This document shows, piece by piece, positions 32,707-40,980 of a DNA stretch of 43,559 nucleotides (within the stretch, counting starts at the first letter, position 1; the number at the start of each line of letters is the position of its first letter). The position numbers were made by a program, and so were the translations under genes. Source of the stretch: an uncultured Candidatus Saccharibacteria bacterium (GTDB lineage: Bacteria; Patescibacteriota; Doudnabacteria; UBA920). The notes beneath the pieces are model-generated. The model had not been told where the DNA came from. It ran no database searches and saw only the letters and a program-made list of their open reading frames with translations. The stretch is taken from assembly GCA_964609785.1 (NCBI GenBank), contig CAZSSN010000001.1, forward strand, positions 1 to 43,559, written 5' to 3'.

Positions 32707-32937
32707 ATGTCCAACTTGTTAGACGTTCTGCAACGCAATGACTATAGAGAGAATTTCTTTTCTATTGTCGGATTCGGCATAATCTTTGCCGTCATATTAG
32801 TGGCAATGGTAGCCTTTCTTTCCAAGAAGACATTTCTTGCCTTGGTATGGTCTATTACTGTGGCAACTTTCATGTGGTTTTATAACATGACAGTCATCAG
32901 TGTCGGAGGAATCTTCGGCAAAAAGGTCGGGGTTTAG
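32707..32937 (+). CDS. Small hypothetical membrane protein
   Basis: 76 aa with two TM helices. SD-like GAGGTAAAAG lies upstream. Confidence 0.5.
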   Translation: MSNLLDVLQRNDYRENFFSIVGFGIIFAVILVAMVAFLSKKTFLALVWSITVATFMWFYNMTVISVGGIFGKKVGV

Positions 32938-33061
32938 CCGTGTAAGAAACGCTGCTGTATTTACTAAAAGATCGATTCCCATCGTGGATATTGGTCTTTT
33001 TTCTTTTATATAAGCCATAATTTGAGGTTAAGGAAAATTTCTGAAACCTTTCCCTGCAGCC

Positions 33062-33090
33062 TTGACAAAAATGGATAAATAGGGTATACT
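33062..33090 (+). promoter_or_regulatory. Near-consensus promoter (TTGACA-N17-TATACT)
   Basis: -35 at 33062..33067 and -10 at 33085..33090, upstream of the DUF11 surface-protein gene. Confidence 0.6.
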
Positions 33091-33210
33091 TATTGGATTT
33101 GTTAAGAAGTCGAAACTTTTAACAGATCTACTTTATAAGTATCTTATTAATTATCTTATCTTTTTATGCATGGCGTGCCAGCATTTAAAGGCAAGGAGAA
33201 TCAACACATT

Positions 33211-35652
33211 ATGCAATTCAAGCAAATGCTAAAAGCTAGTTTGAAACCAGGACGTAGCCTTTTGGTTACATTGGTAATGGTTAGTGTTGTAGCTGCTGGC
33301 TTAGCTTCTATTCCTACTTTGGGTGGACGTGATACCTCAGCGGCAAACTGTGCTAACCCACCACAAGTCCCAACTTTCAACTACTGGCCTGTCACTTATG
33401 CTGACGACAACGTTCCGTTGTGTCACGATTTCCCGGCAATTGATGCCGCACTACACACTCCAGATCCTCAGTTCTCACAAAGTGAAGCTGATTGGAACGA
33501 CGGTTTAACTTTGGCTGATGGCCAAACAGGTGCAGCTCTTATGTATCTTCATAACGGTGCAGCAAACAATTTGGACCCAGCAATCACTACGGCTAAAGAT
33601 GTAAAAATCAAGACCGAAACTGATACAACTGTAGGTGCATCTCACCAAATTAAGGTGACTTACACTTCTAGTAATGCTGCTACATACACTAAGTCTTTCA
33701 CTGTTAAGACTCCTGCTAACGCTAAGTTAGAAGTAATCCCTAACAGTGGAACTATTTACGACTACGAAGGTCGTCTAATCCCTGGTAAGCAAAATCTAAA
33801 CTTGGGTAATTCTACTTTTGATTTAGGTAATCTACAAGCTTGTTTTGAGTACAGCTTATTCTTGTCTTTCAAGTTTAAAGTTGTAACTCCAACAACTGAC
33901 CGCACTACTTTGTCTATCGACAAAGGTGTAAAGAACCTTACATTGGATCCTAACACTGGTCGCGGTGCAGTTTATTCACCTTCTGTAAATGCAAAACAGA
34001 ATGAAAAAGTTGGATACAAAGTAGTTGTCACAAATACAGGTTCTACTGTAGCTCAGAATGTAACTATGACTGATAACTCAGTTGCAGGTATTAGCGTTGA
34101 TGCTGGCTCTACAACTGTAGGCACATCTGATGATGCTTTACTTGATTCAAGTCTATGGCAGGGAGCAATTCCTGGAACTGTAAACTTGGGTAACTTACAA
34201 CCAGGTGAAAGCCGTGTAATCAAATACACTGGTCGCGTAACTGCTACTACTGGTACATTGGTAAACGTTGCAACTGCAATTGCTGCTAATGCTACTCAGG
34301 TACAGGACACTGCTTCTGTGATTATTACAAACACACCAGTTGGAAACCCTAACTTAACTATCCAAAAATTAGTTAAAAACAATAACAACAACACTGCTTT
34401 TGCAGAGTCTGTTAATGCTAAGACTAATGAATGGGTACGTTTCCAAATCACTATCACTAACACTGGTAATACTGATTTAACAGGTGTTCGCATCACTGAT
34501 GTGATCCCAGCAGGTTTAGAATACGAAGCTATGACCGCTACTGATCGTACCGTTGTATTCTCTAATAACACCCTTACTGTAACATTTAACTCAGCTATTC
34601 CAGCTGGCCAAAGCCGAACTGTTGAATTCAACGCTCAAGTAAAGGCTACTGGAACTACTACTATTTGTAATACAGCAGTTGCTACTGGCAACAATGTATC
34701 TCAAGTACAAGATAATGCTTGTGTTAATGTAACAAATAACACTACAAACAACCCGAAAATTTCTATCAAGAAATCTGTTAAGAATAACACTACTTCTACT
34801 TCTTACAATGATTCAAGTGTAGATGCTCGTACTGGTGAACGCGTTAACTTCAAAATTACCGTTTCTAACCCAGGTGACTCTACATTGAACAATGTTCGTA
34901 TGACTGACGTAATTCCTAACGGATTACAGTTTGATGATTCAGTTTCTGGTGATGGTACATCAAGCATTAACGGTTCTACATTCACAGTAAACTTTGGTAG
35001 CATCTCTGCTGGGCAAAGCAAAACTGTTGAATTTGCAGCTAAAGTATTAGCTTCTAACTCAAACACTATTTGTAACGTAGCGAAAGCTACTGGTTCAAAT
35101 GTAAATGAAGTTAGCGATGATGCTTGTGTAAGAGTTATCTCAACTCCAAAGCCTGGTGAAGCAAACATCATACTTTCTAAGCGTGCCTTTAATGACACAA
35201 AGAATGTTGATGCTACAACTACATCTGCTGCTCGTGGTGATTACATCACTTACACTTTGGTAACAACAAACAATGGCGGTGCTGATGCAACTAACTATGT
35301 AATTAGTGATGACTTGTCTCAAGTACTTCCATTAGCTGATATGATTTCTGCAAATGGTGGTTCAGTATCTGGTAATACAATTACTTTCCCATCAATGACT
35401 ATCAAAGCTGGTGAAACTGTAACTAAGACTTTCAAAGTTCGCATTAAGCAAACTTTGAACGCTGAACTTACATACCAATTACTAAACACTTACGGTAATA
35501 CTATCGTAATCAACGTTCCTGGTAAGGCAGTCTACCACGCTCCATCTACTGGTGCAGCTGGTACATCTGCTGCTGCTTTCGCTGGACTTGTAACTGCTGG
35601 ATTCGTAATCGCTCGTAAGCGTGATTCAATCTTGAAGTTCATCTTCGCTTAA
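33211..35652 (+). CDS. Cell-surface protein with at least 4 DUF11 (conserved repeat) domains and a C-terminal sortase-type sorting signal
   Basis: Signal/anchor LLVTLVMVSVVAAGLASIP. Repeats of the type V.F.ITV.N.G...L..V.MTDVIP.GL. C-terminus HAPSTG + AAAFAGLVTAGFVIA + RKRD. ATG 33211 follows AAGGAGA; the ORF track starts at 33166. Confidence 0.8.
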   Translation: MQFKQMLKASLKPGRSLLVTLVMVSVVAAGLASIPTLGGRDTSAANCANPPQVPTFNYWPVTYADDNVPLCHDFPAIDAALHTPDPQFSQSEADWNDGLTLADGQTGAALMYLHNGAANNLDPAITTAKDVKIKTETDTTVGASHQIKVTYTSSNAATYTKSFTVKTPANAKLEVIPNSGTIYDYEGRLIPGKQNLNLGNSTFDLGNLQACFEYSLFLSFKFKVVTPTTDRTTLSIDKGVKNLTLDPNTGRGAVYSPSVNAKQNEKVGYKVVVTNTGSTVAQNVTMTDNSVAGISVDAGSTTVGTSDDALLDSSLWQGAIPGTVNLGNLQPGESRVIKYTGRVTATTGTLVNVATAIAANATQVQDTASVIITNTPVGNPNLTIQKLVKNNNNNTAFAESVNAKTNEWVRFQITITNTGNTDLTGVRITDVIPAGLEYEAMTATDRTVVFSNNTLTVTFNSAIPAGQSRTVEFNAQVKATGTTTICNTAVATGNNVSQVQDNACVNVTNNTTNNPKISIKKSVKNNTTSTSYNDSSVDARTGERVNFKITVSNPGDSTLNNVRMTDVIPNGLQFDDSVSGDGTSSINGSTFTVNFGSISAGQSKTVEFAAKVLASNSNTICNVAKATGSNVNEVSDDACVRVISTPKPGEANIILSKRAFNDTKNVDATTTSAARGDYITYTLVTTNNGGADATNYVISDDLSQVLPLADMISANGGSVSGNTITFPSMTIKAGETVTKTFKVRIKQTLNAELTYQLLNTYGNTIVINVPGKAVYHAPSTGAAGTSAAAFAGLVTAGFVIARKRDSILKFIFA

Positions 35653-35689
35653 GCCACGGCTTAAAGATCATATAAAGTAGATCAAACTA

Positions 35690-35720
35690 AAAACACTCTC
35701 CGAAAGGGGAGTGTTTTTTT
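35690..35720 (+). terminator. Rho-independent terminator (GAAA tetraloop)
   Basis: CACTCTCC-gaaa-GGGGAGTG followed by TTTTTTT. Confidence 0.8.
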
Positions 35721-35731
35721 GTATGCCAATT

Positions 35732-35740
35732 TGGTATGAT
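35732..35740 (+). promoter_or_regulatory. Extended -10 promoter (TGgTATGAT) 6 nt upstream of the galE ATG at 35747
   Basis: Read directly in the sequence. Confidence 0.45.
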
Positions 35741-35746
35741 GCCAGT

Positions 35747-36706
35747 ATGAACATATTAATAACAGGTGGTGCCGGGTATATTGGCGCACATGCCGTTAGG
35801 AAACTATTAGAAGCAGGTTATCAAGTAACAGTGATTGATGATTTTAGTACTGGCAAAAAAAGTAATTTGCCTGATTCTGTAACTTTAATAGAAGGTGATT
35901 TTGGCGATGCCAAAGTGTTAACCGAGGTTTTTGATAATCACAAAATTGATGCAGTAATGCACTTCGCAGCTAGTATTGATTTGAACGAATCAATCAAAAA
36001 GCCTTTAGAATATTTTGAGAACAATACATTAAAAACTGCGAACTTAATTCAGACGATGCTTCAAGCTGGGGTAAAGAAACTAATCTTCTCTTCTACGGCT
36101 GCAGTCTACGGCAAGCAGAAATCGATGCCTATTGCTGAAACAGCAATTGGTGAGAATCTTTCACCTTACGGTCTGTCTAAGTTATTAGTAGAGCAAATCA
36201 TTCAAGCATACGCCCAGTCTGCTGGATTACAGGCTGTAATCTTTAGATACTTTAACGCAGTTGGCTCAGATTTAGATAAGCAGATTTTCTCTAACCACAA
36301 TACAGGACTAATTCCTCAAGTCATTGATGTTGCTGCTGGCCGTGCCCCAAACCTTACAATCTACGGCACAGATTTCGATACAATCGATGGAACCGGTGTG
36401 AGAGACTACGTTCATGTGTTAGACATAGCCCGAGCGCATGTGACCGCTTTAGGCTATTTGAATAAGCCAGGGATTGAGAACGTAAAGATTTTTAATATCG
36501 GCACAGGCACTGGTTGGTCTGTAAAACAGGTTGTATCTGCAGTGGAAAGAATTACCGGAAAGAGTGTTAATGTGCAAACTGCTGATCGCCGCCCTGTGGA
36601 TGTGGCAATAGCTGTGGCAGACAATGCTAAAATTCGTACTGAACTAGGCTTTGAGTTAAAACATTCTGACTTAGAGACCTTGATTCAAACCAGTTGGCGT
36701 GAATAG
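35747..36706 (+). CDS. galE: UDP-glucose 4-epimerase
   Basis: MNILITGGAGYIGAH Rossmann motif, catalytic SPYGLSK (YxxxK), ..RYFN..G... The start is placed after the upstream terminator. Confidence 0.9.
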   Translation: MNILITGGAGYIGAHAVRKLLEAGYQVTVIDDFSTGKKSNLPDSVTLIEGDFGDAKVLTEVFDNHKIDAVMHFAASIDLNESIKKPLEYFENNTLKTANLIQTMLQAGVKKLIFSSTAAVYGKQKSMPIAETAIGENLSPYGLSKLLVEQIIQAYAQSAGLQAVIFRYFNAVGSDLDKQIFSNHNTGLIPQVIDVAAGRAPNLTIYGTDFDTIDGTGVRDYVHVLDIARAHVTALGYLNKPGIENVKIFNIGTGTGWSVKQVVSAVERITGKSVNVQTADRRPVDVAIAVADNAKIRTELGFELKHSDLETLIQTSWRE

Positions 36707-36716
36707 AGTAAAGCAG

Positions 36717-36744
36717 AAAGCCTGGACTTTTCCAGGCTTTTTTG
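36717..36744 (+). terminator. Rho-independent terminator
   Basis: AAAGCCTGGA-ctt-TCCAGGCTTTTTT. Confidence 0.8.
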
Positions 36745-36783
36745 ATACATTAGTACAAATCGAACTTGCAGGAGAGTTAATAT

Positions 36784-37443
36784 ATGGGAACTTATGGAAC
36801 GTATGCAGCTGGTAGTATGAGCGAGTTTTTTTACTTTTTGAGAAAATTCGCTGTGGTTATGTTCGCTATGAATCGTTTTCCGAACGATTATCTTCCGCCT
36901 GAGGGCAATGACTGGCGTAACTTATTTGTCCAACATCTCAAGAATAATTCTAGAGCTGTGATAGACTTTGAGCTGGCCTTCATTGCTTATCCGCGTATTC
37001 ATGAAAAGGATTTTGGTCATGAGCCTCGACATCATCCTGGTGGTGATAATATTCACCTACTACTTCTTAGTAAATTTTGGAGAGACTTCTTTGCTGAGCT
37101 CGTCATTGAGCATGGATATAAAGAGATTTCAAAAAGATTTCAAAAAGATTTTCTAAGGATTGATAATCCTTCTTTGGAAGGAAGTTGGTCCGAGGGTTTT
37201 GATTTGCATTTTATTGATCCAGAAGTAGTAGAGCCTACAGTTGAATTTTGGAAGCAATTCGTATCCGCGGAAAGTGTCGGTAGTATAGAAAAGCTTCGTG
37301 AATCTGATTTCACTTTGATGTCTTGCATAAACATTAGTAACTCAGATACTCCTGGGGAAATAGGGATTGGTTTCATGGTTACTACTCCCGAAGCTCTGTG
37401 CGATCGAGAATCTCAGTGCGATCGAGTTCAACTCCTGAACTAA
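36784..37443 (+). CDS. Hypothetical protein
   Basis: 219-aa ORF with SD AGGAGA 8 nt upstream. No motif recognised. Confidence 0.55.
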   Translation: MGTYGTYAAGSMSEFFYFLRKFAVVMFAMNRFPNDYLPPEGNDWRNLFVQHLKNNSRAVIDFELAFIAYPRIHEKDFGHEPRHHPGGDNIHLLLLSKFWRDFFAELVIEHGYKEISKRFQKDFLRIDNPSLEGSWSEGFDLHFIDPEVVEPTVEFWKQFVSAESVGSIEKLRESDFTLMSCINISNSDTPGEIGIGFMVTTPEALCDRESQCDRVQLLN

Positions 37444-37466
37444 GATTGTTAGTTAGATGGTACTAT

Positions 37467-37494
37467 GCCGCCTGTATTATGGGCGGCTTTTTTA
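37467..37494 (+). terminator. Rho-independent terminator
   Basis: GCCGCC-tgtattatg-GGCGGC followed by TTTTTT. Confidence 0.7.
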
Positions 37495-37543
37495 TTGACT
37501 AAACGCCTTAAAAACGGTACAATGTAGCCTGAATACTAAACAT

Positions 37544-38446
37544 ATGACAGATTCGCACGAAATAATTTTATTCTACAAATACGTTCACATCGATAACCCT
37601 TCTAAGCTGATGATGCATCAAAAAGAGTTGCAGACCAGACTTGGCATAAAAGGGCGTACTATCGTGGCCTCAGAAGGTATAAACGCTACTGTAGAAGGTA
37701 CATCAGAGGCAATTGATGCTTATTTGGAAGACTTATTTAGCGATCCTCGTTTTGAAGGTACGCATATTAAACGTGACCCAGGCAATGGCCAGGCTTTCCC
37801 TAAAACCTCTGTTAAAGTTCGCAGCGAACTAGTTTCTTTGGGTTTGCCAAAAGAATGTGATATCGATCCGAACAAGTTAACTGGTATCCATCTTAAGCCT
37901 TCTGAATTACACCAATGGATTGCTGAAGGAAAAGAATTTTACATTGTTGACATGCGTAACGCCTACGAGCACTTAGTTGGATATTTCAAAGGTTCAATTT
38001 TACCAGCGATGGATAACTTCCGCGATTTGCCTAAGTTCTTAAAAGAGATTGAGCATCTGCGAAACAAAACTGTGCTAACAGTTTGTACTGGTGGCGTGCG
38101 ATGCGAAAAGGCTAGTGGTTATTTACTAGACCAAGGTTTTACAGATGTGTATCAGTTAGATGGTGGGATTGTTTCGTACATGCGCGAATATCCGAATGAA
38201 GACTTCTTAGGAAAACTTTATGTGTTCGATAGCCGTATTGCTACTGGCTTCTACACTGATGACCCAAACCATGTAGTAGTAGGGAAGTGTCGAATTTGTA
38301 ACCAGCCATGCGAGCGTTTTACTAACTGCGTAATAAACGATTGTAACCGTAAGATGATTGCCTGTCAGAGCTGCCAGGACAGCCTTGGCGACCAGTTTCT
38401 ATGCCCACCCGAGCTTGGGCACAAAGAAAAAACCCGCGTTAACTAA
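37544..38446 (+). CDS. trhO: Rhodanese-domain tRNA uridine(34) hydroxylase TrhO (UPF0176/YceA family)
   Basis: ILFYKYVHI..P......H...L...GIKGR.IVA.EGINAT.EG and the rhodanese active-site loop CTGGVRCEKAS. Cys-rich C-terminal tail. Confidence 0.85.
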   Translation: MTDSHEIILFYKYVHIDNPSKLMMHQKELQTRLGIKGRTIVASEGINATVEGTSEAIDAYLEDLFSDPRFEGTHIKRDPGNGQAFPKTSVKVRSELVSLGLPKECDIDPNKLTGIHLKPSELHQWIAEGKEFYIVDMRNAYEHLVGYFKGSILPAMDNFRDLPKFLKEIEHLRNKTVLTVCTGGVRCEKASGYLLDQGFTDVYQLDGGIVSYMREYPNEDFLGKLYVFDSRIATGFYTDDPNHVVVGKCRICNQPCERFTNCVINDCNRKMIACQSCQDSLGDQFLCPPELGHKEKTRVN

Positions 38447-38462
38447 ACCGATTTTGATGTTT

Positions 38463-38488
38463 TAACCCCCAGTAATGGGGGTTTTTAA
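38463..38488 (+). terminator. Rho-independent terminator
   Basis: AACCCCC-agtaat-GGGGGTTTTT. Confidence 0.75.
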
Positions 38489-38493
38489 ATGCA

Positions 38494-38522
38494 TTGACAA
38501 AATAGCAAAAATATGATATAAT
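38494..38522 (+). promoter_or_regulatory. Perfect consensus sigma70 promoter (TTGACA-N17-TATAAT)
   Basis: -35 at 38494..38499 and -10 at 38517..38522. Confidence 0.65.
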
Positions 38523-38574
38523 TTTCCCGATATTGACTTCGGGTCAGTAACATCTTACGTTGGGGGAAATTGGA

Positions 38575-39126
38575 ATGAAAAAAAATGTTTACGGAATTTT
38601 GACGCTGTTAGCTTGTGCCATGTTTCTTGCTTCACTATCTATGAAGATCAGTGAGAACTTTAGTGTAGAGCTTTGGCTGGGATCCGTAATTACTCACTTA
38701 ACGAGTGTGCAATTGCCGGAAGTTGCGTTGGCTATAATAGGTTTGTTTTGCACATTCTGCCTCGCCTTCATTTTCCTTGTCTTATTTTTTAATGAAATGG
38801 ATAAAGAAAAGCAAGCCAAGATGCAGATCGAAATGAAGAATGAAGCAATTAAGTTTTCGCTGAGAACATGGCGGGTTGCGCGGGCAGTGCTTTCTTTAAA
38901 CGGAGGTGATTTACATTCGATAGTCCTTTTAGAGCGCCGTAATGGTCAATGCGAAATCTTGCATGTTGTCGAAGGTCATAAGTATTTTAACTCTTTCGCT
39001 TTTTTGAAGGAAGGTGATGAGGTGCTATTTGAGTACGGCCCAGATAGTCAGGCAGAGAATTGGCTCACTTTTCCATCGAACTTTCTTATTCCGACTGTGG
39101 TCGGTAACGATCCTTTGGTAAAATGA
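38575..39126 (+). CDS. Hypothetical membrane protein
   Basis: The start MKKNVYGIL at ATG 38575 is preferred; the track starts at TTG 38560. There are 3 hydrophobic helices followed by a soluble C-terminal domain. Confidence 0.55.
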   Translation: MKKNVYGILTLLACAMFLASLSMKISENFSVELWLGSVITHLTSVQLPEVALAIIGLFCTFCLAFIFLVLFFNEMDKEKQAKMQIEMKNEAIKFSLRTWRVARAVLSLNGGDLHSIVLLERRNGQCEILHVVEGHKYFNSFAFLKEGDEVLFEYGPDSQAENWLTFPSNFLIPTVVGNDPLVK

Positions 39127-39152
39127 TAAGTTGTCAGAGACAATAATAGCTA

Positions 39153-39194
39153 AGCCGCGGATAATGTATTTCTACATTTGTCCGCGGCTCTTTT
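39153..39194. terminator. Long bidirectional terminator hairpin between convergent genes
   Basis: AGCCGCGGA...TCCGCGGCT with an inner AATGTA/TACATT stem, followed by CTTTT. Confidence 0.65.
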
Positions 39195-39232
39195 AATATC
39201 TTATGTTTTATTTACTATGGTACAAAATTTAA

Positions 39233-39805
39233 CTAAGCGCGTAGTTTGTTAGATAAGCTTGTTAGCTTGGCAACAATTTTATTTGCAGTCTCTTTCTGGT
39301 AGTCTGGATGTTCAACAATTTCACCTTGTTCGTTAAATGCAGCCCATACATTCACAATCAGCATGTGATCATAAATATCGTACATAGAAAGTTGGGCAGC
39401 AATCTGACGCCAATGTTCGACGGCTCGTGAGCCACCTCCAGCTGCACCGTATCCGACTATTCCTAGTGGTTTTTCTGCCCATTCTGCATATCCGTAATCA
39501 ACAGCATTTTTAAATGGTCCCGGGACCCCATGATTATATTCTGGAGTAATAAAAACGTAAGCATCTGCCTCGTTGATTTTATCTAGCCATTTTTGGACTG
39601 CAGGGTTTGCATTAGGATTAGTTCCACGCACAAGCGGGGATTCAGCATCTTCAAACAGAGGCATTGGATAGTCTTTTAAATCTACTAGTTCAATGTCAGC
39701 GTCAGGAAAATCTTTTACAGTTTTCATGAACCAATCTGCTACCTTTTTGCCATTACGGCCTTCACGAATGCTTCCTAGGATAACTTGGATTTTAGGTTTG
39801 TTCAT
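39233..39805 (-). CDS. NADPH-dependent FMN reductase family protein
   Basis: KIQVILGSIREGRNGKKVADW... and ADAYVFITPEYNHGVPGPFKNAVD are typical of the family. Confidence 0.85.
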   Translation of the reverse strand: MNKPKIQVILGSIREGRNGKKVADWFMKTVKDFPDADIELVDLKDYPMPLFEDAESPLVRGTNPNANPAVQKWLDKINEADAYVFITPEYNHGVPGPFKNAVDYGYAEWAEKPLGIVGYGAAGGGSRAVEHWRQIAAQLSMYDIYDHMLIVNVWAAFNEQGEIVEHPDYQKETANKIVAKLTSLSNKLRA

Positions 39806-39821
39806 ATTTTTCTTTCGTTTC

Positions 39822-40121
39822 TTATTTAATTAATGGTTCTAAGCTTTTTACGATTGCGTTAGTTTTTAGTTGATAGAAAATATTGTTGCCTTCACGTTTC
39901 GTAGTAACTAACTTGCTATCTTTCAAAAGTTGTAAGTGATGTGAGATACAGGCAACGCTCATACCTACACCTTCAGCAATATCCGATACTTTAATTGGCT
40001 TTTTCTTAACCAATATTTGGAGAATTCTTAACCTTGTGGGGTCCCCAAACAGTGAGAATATCCTTGCTGTTTGTTCTAAATTGTTCATCGAATTAGGTAG
40101 TAAATTATTTTTAGTATTCAA
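39822..40121 (-). CDS. ArsR/SmtB-family transcriptional regulator
   Basis: ARIFSLFGDPTRLRILQIL....PIKVSDIAEGVGMSVACISHHLQLLKDSKLV. The start is ambiguous: TTG 40121 or ATG 40088. Confidence 0.85.
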   Translation of the reverse strand: MNTKNNLLPNSMNNLEQTARIFSLFGDPTRLRILQILVKKKPIKVSDIAEGVGMSVACISHHLQLLKDSKLVTTKREGNNIFYQLKTNAIVKSLEPLIK

Positions 40122-40124
40122 GTG

Positions 40125-40179
40125 ACTATTTGAATAGTATACTTAATTTAAAAAGTTGTCAAATGATCATTTGAATAGT
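40125..40179 (-). promoter_or_regulatory. arsR promoter with two palindromic operator-like sites
   Basis: Perfect inverted repeat ACTATT-tg-AATAGT (40125..40138) overlaps the -10/TSS. An imperfect copy ATCATT-tg-AATAGT (40166..40179) sits next to the -35. The minus strand reads TTGACA-N17-TACTAT. Confidence 0.5.
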
Positions 40180-40198
40180 TTTATAGTAATGCAATAAA

Positions 40199-40222
40199 AA
40201 AACCGCCGAAGCGGTTTATAAA
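40199..40222 (-). terminator. Rho-independent terminator downstream of engB
   Basis: The minus strand reads AAACCGC-ttcg-GCGGTTTTTTTT. Confidence 0.75.
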
Positions 40223-40241
40223 AGCTTTTAAAATTTTAAGT

Positions 40242-40823
40242 TTATAGCATAATCTCTTTTGTCAGAGCACCAGTCCCAATCTTTTCAGTAACAGAGTAGG
40301 GAATAACCATGTGCGGATGCATGGTAGCAATAATGCTATCCATCTGCTTCTTGTATTCACTCTTTTTAATCTTGTCTACCTTATTAGCAACAACTATGAA
40401 ATTCTTTTCTAGCTCTTCAAGGCGAGTCATCATGGCAATATCTAAATCTGTAGGGCCAACTTTAGCATCAATTAATAGAACGATTAACTGTTTTTCATCT
40501 AGATCTGGATATGTAAGGTACCATTCGATAAGTTGTTGTAGGTTGTCGCGCTCTGCAAAAGAGCCGCGAGCAAATCCATACCCCGGAAGGTCAACCAAAT
40601 AAAAGCTCTTATTAATTAAATAAAAGTTAATTTGTTTAGTGAAACCAGCGTTAGCGCTAGATCGAGCTAGTTCTTTCTGTCCAACAATGGAATTGATCAT
40701 GCTGGATTTGCCAACGTTTGACCTGCCGATGAAAGCAACGTGCTTTAAATCTTTTCCTGCTGCTTCGGGTAGCTCTGCGCCTATTGTAATTCCGGTAACG
40801 AATTGAGCAGTTTTTGCTTTCAT
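40242..40823 (-). CDS. engB: Ribosome biogenesis GTP-binding protein YsxC/EngB
   Basis: G1 GRSNVGKSS, G3 DLPGYG, G4 NKVDK, and the typical FTKQINFY segment. Confidence 0.9.
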   Translation of the reverse strand: MKAKTAQFVTGITIGAELPEAAGKDLKHVAFIGRSNVGKSSMINSIVGQKELARSSANAGFTKQINFYLINKSFYLVDLPGYGFARGSFAERDNLQQLIEWYLTYPDLDEKQLIVLLIDAKVGPTDLDIAMMTRLEELEKNFIVVANKVDKIKKSEYKKQMDSIIATMHPHMVIPYSVTEKIGTGALTKEIML

Positions 40824-40861
40824 GAATTTCTAAGATTAAGAGGGTTAGGGATTAAAAGAAG

Positions 40862-40927
40862 TTATTTCTTTTTATCTTTTTTTGGTTTCTTCTTTTCTTT
40901 TTTATGTGCGTTATTACCTTTAGCCAT
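40862..40927 (-). CDS. Candidate 21-aa highly basic micro-ORF (MAKGNNAHKKEKKKPKKDKKK) at the 5' end of the engB transcript
   Basis: Not in the ORF track because it is too short. It lies 21 nt downstream of an extended -10 element, TGcTATAAT (minus strand, 40963..40955). No SD. Confidence 0.3.
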   Translation of the reverse strand: MAKGNNAHKKEKKKPKKDKKK

Positions 40928-40980
40928 TTTGTTTATATTACTTATCTTTGTGCTATTATAGCATATTTTGCTGGGTTTGT

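Noticed and set aside
33323-35322. Several 60-131-aa ORFs on both strands inside the DUF11 surface-protein gene
   Set aside because: They are all nested in a long ORF with repeated, family-typical domains and have no independent start signals.
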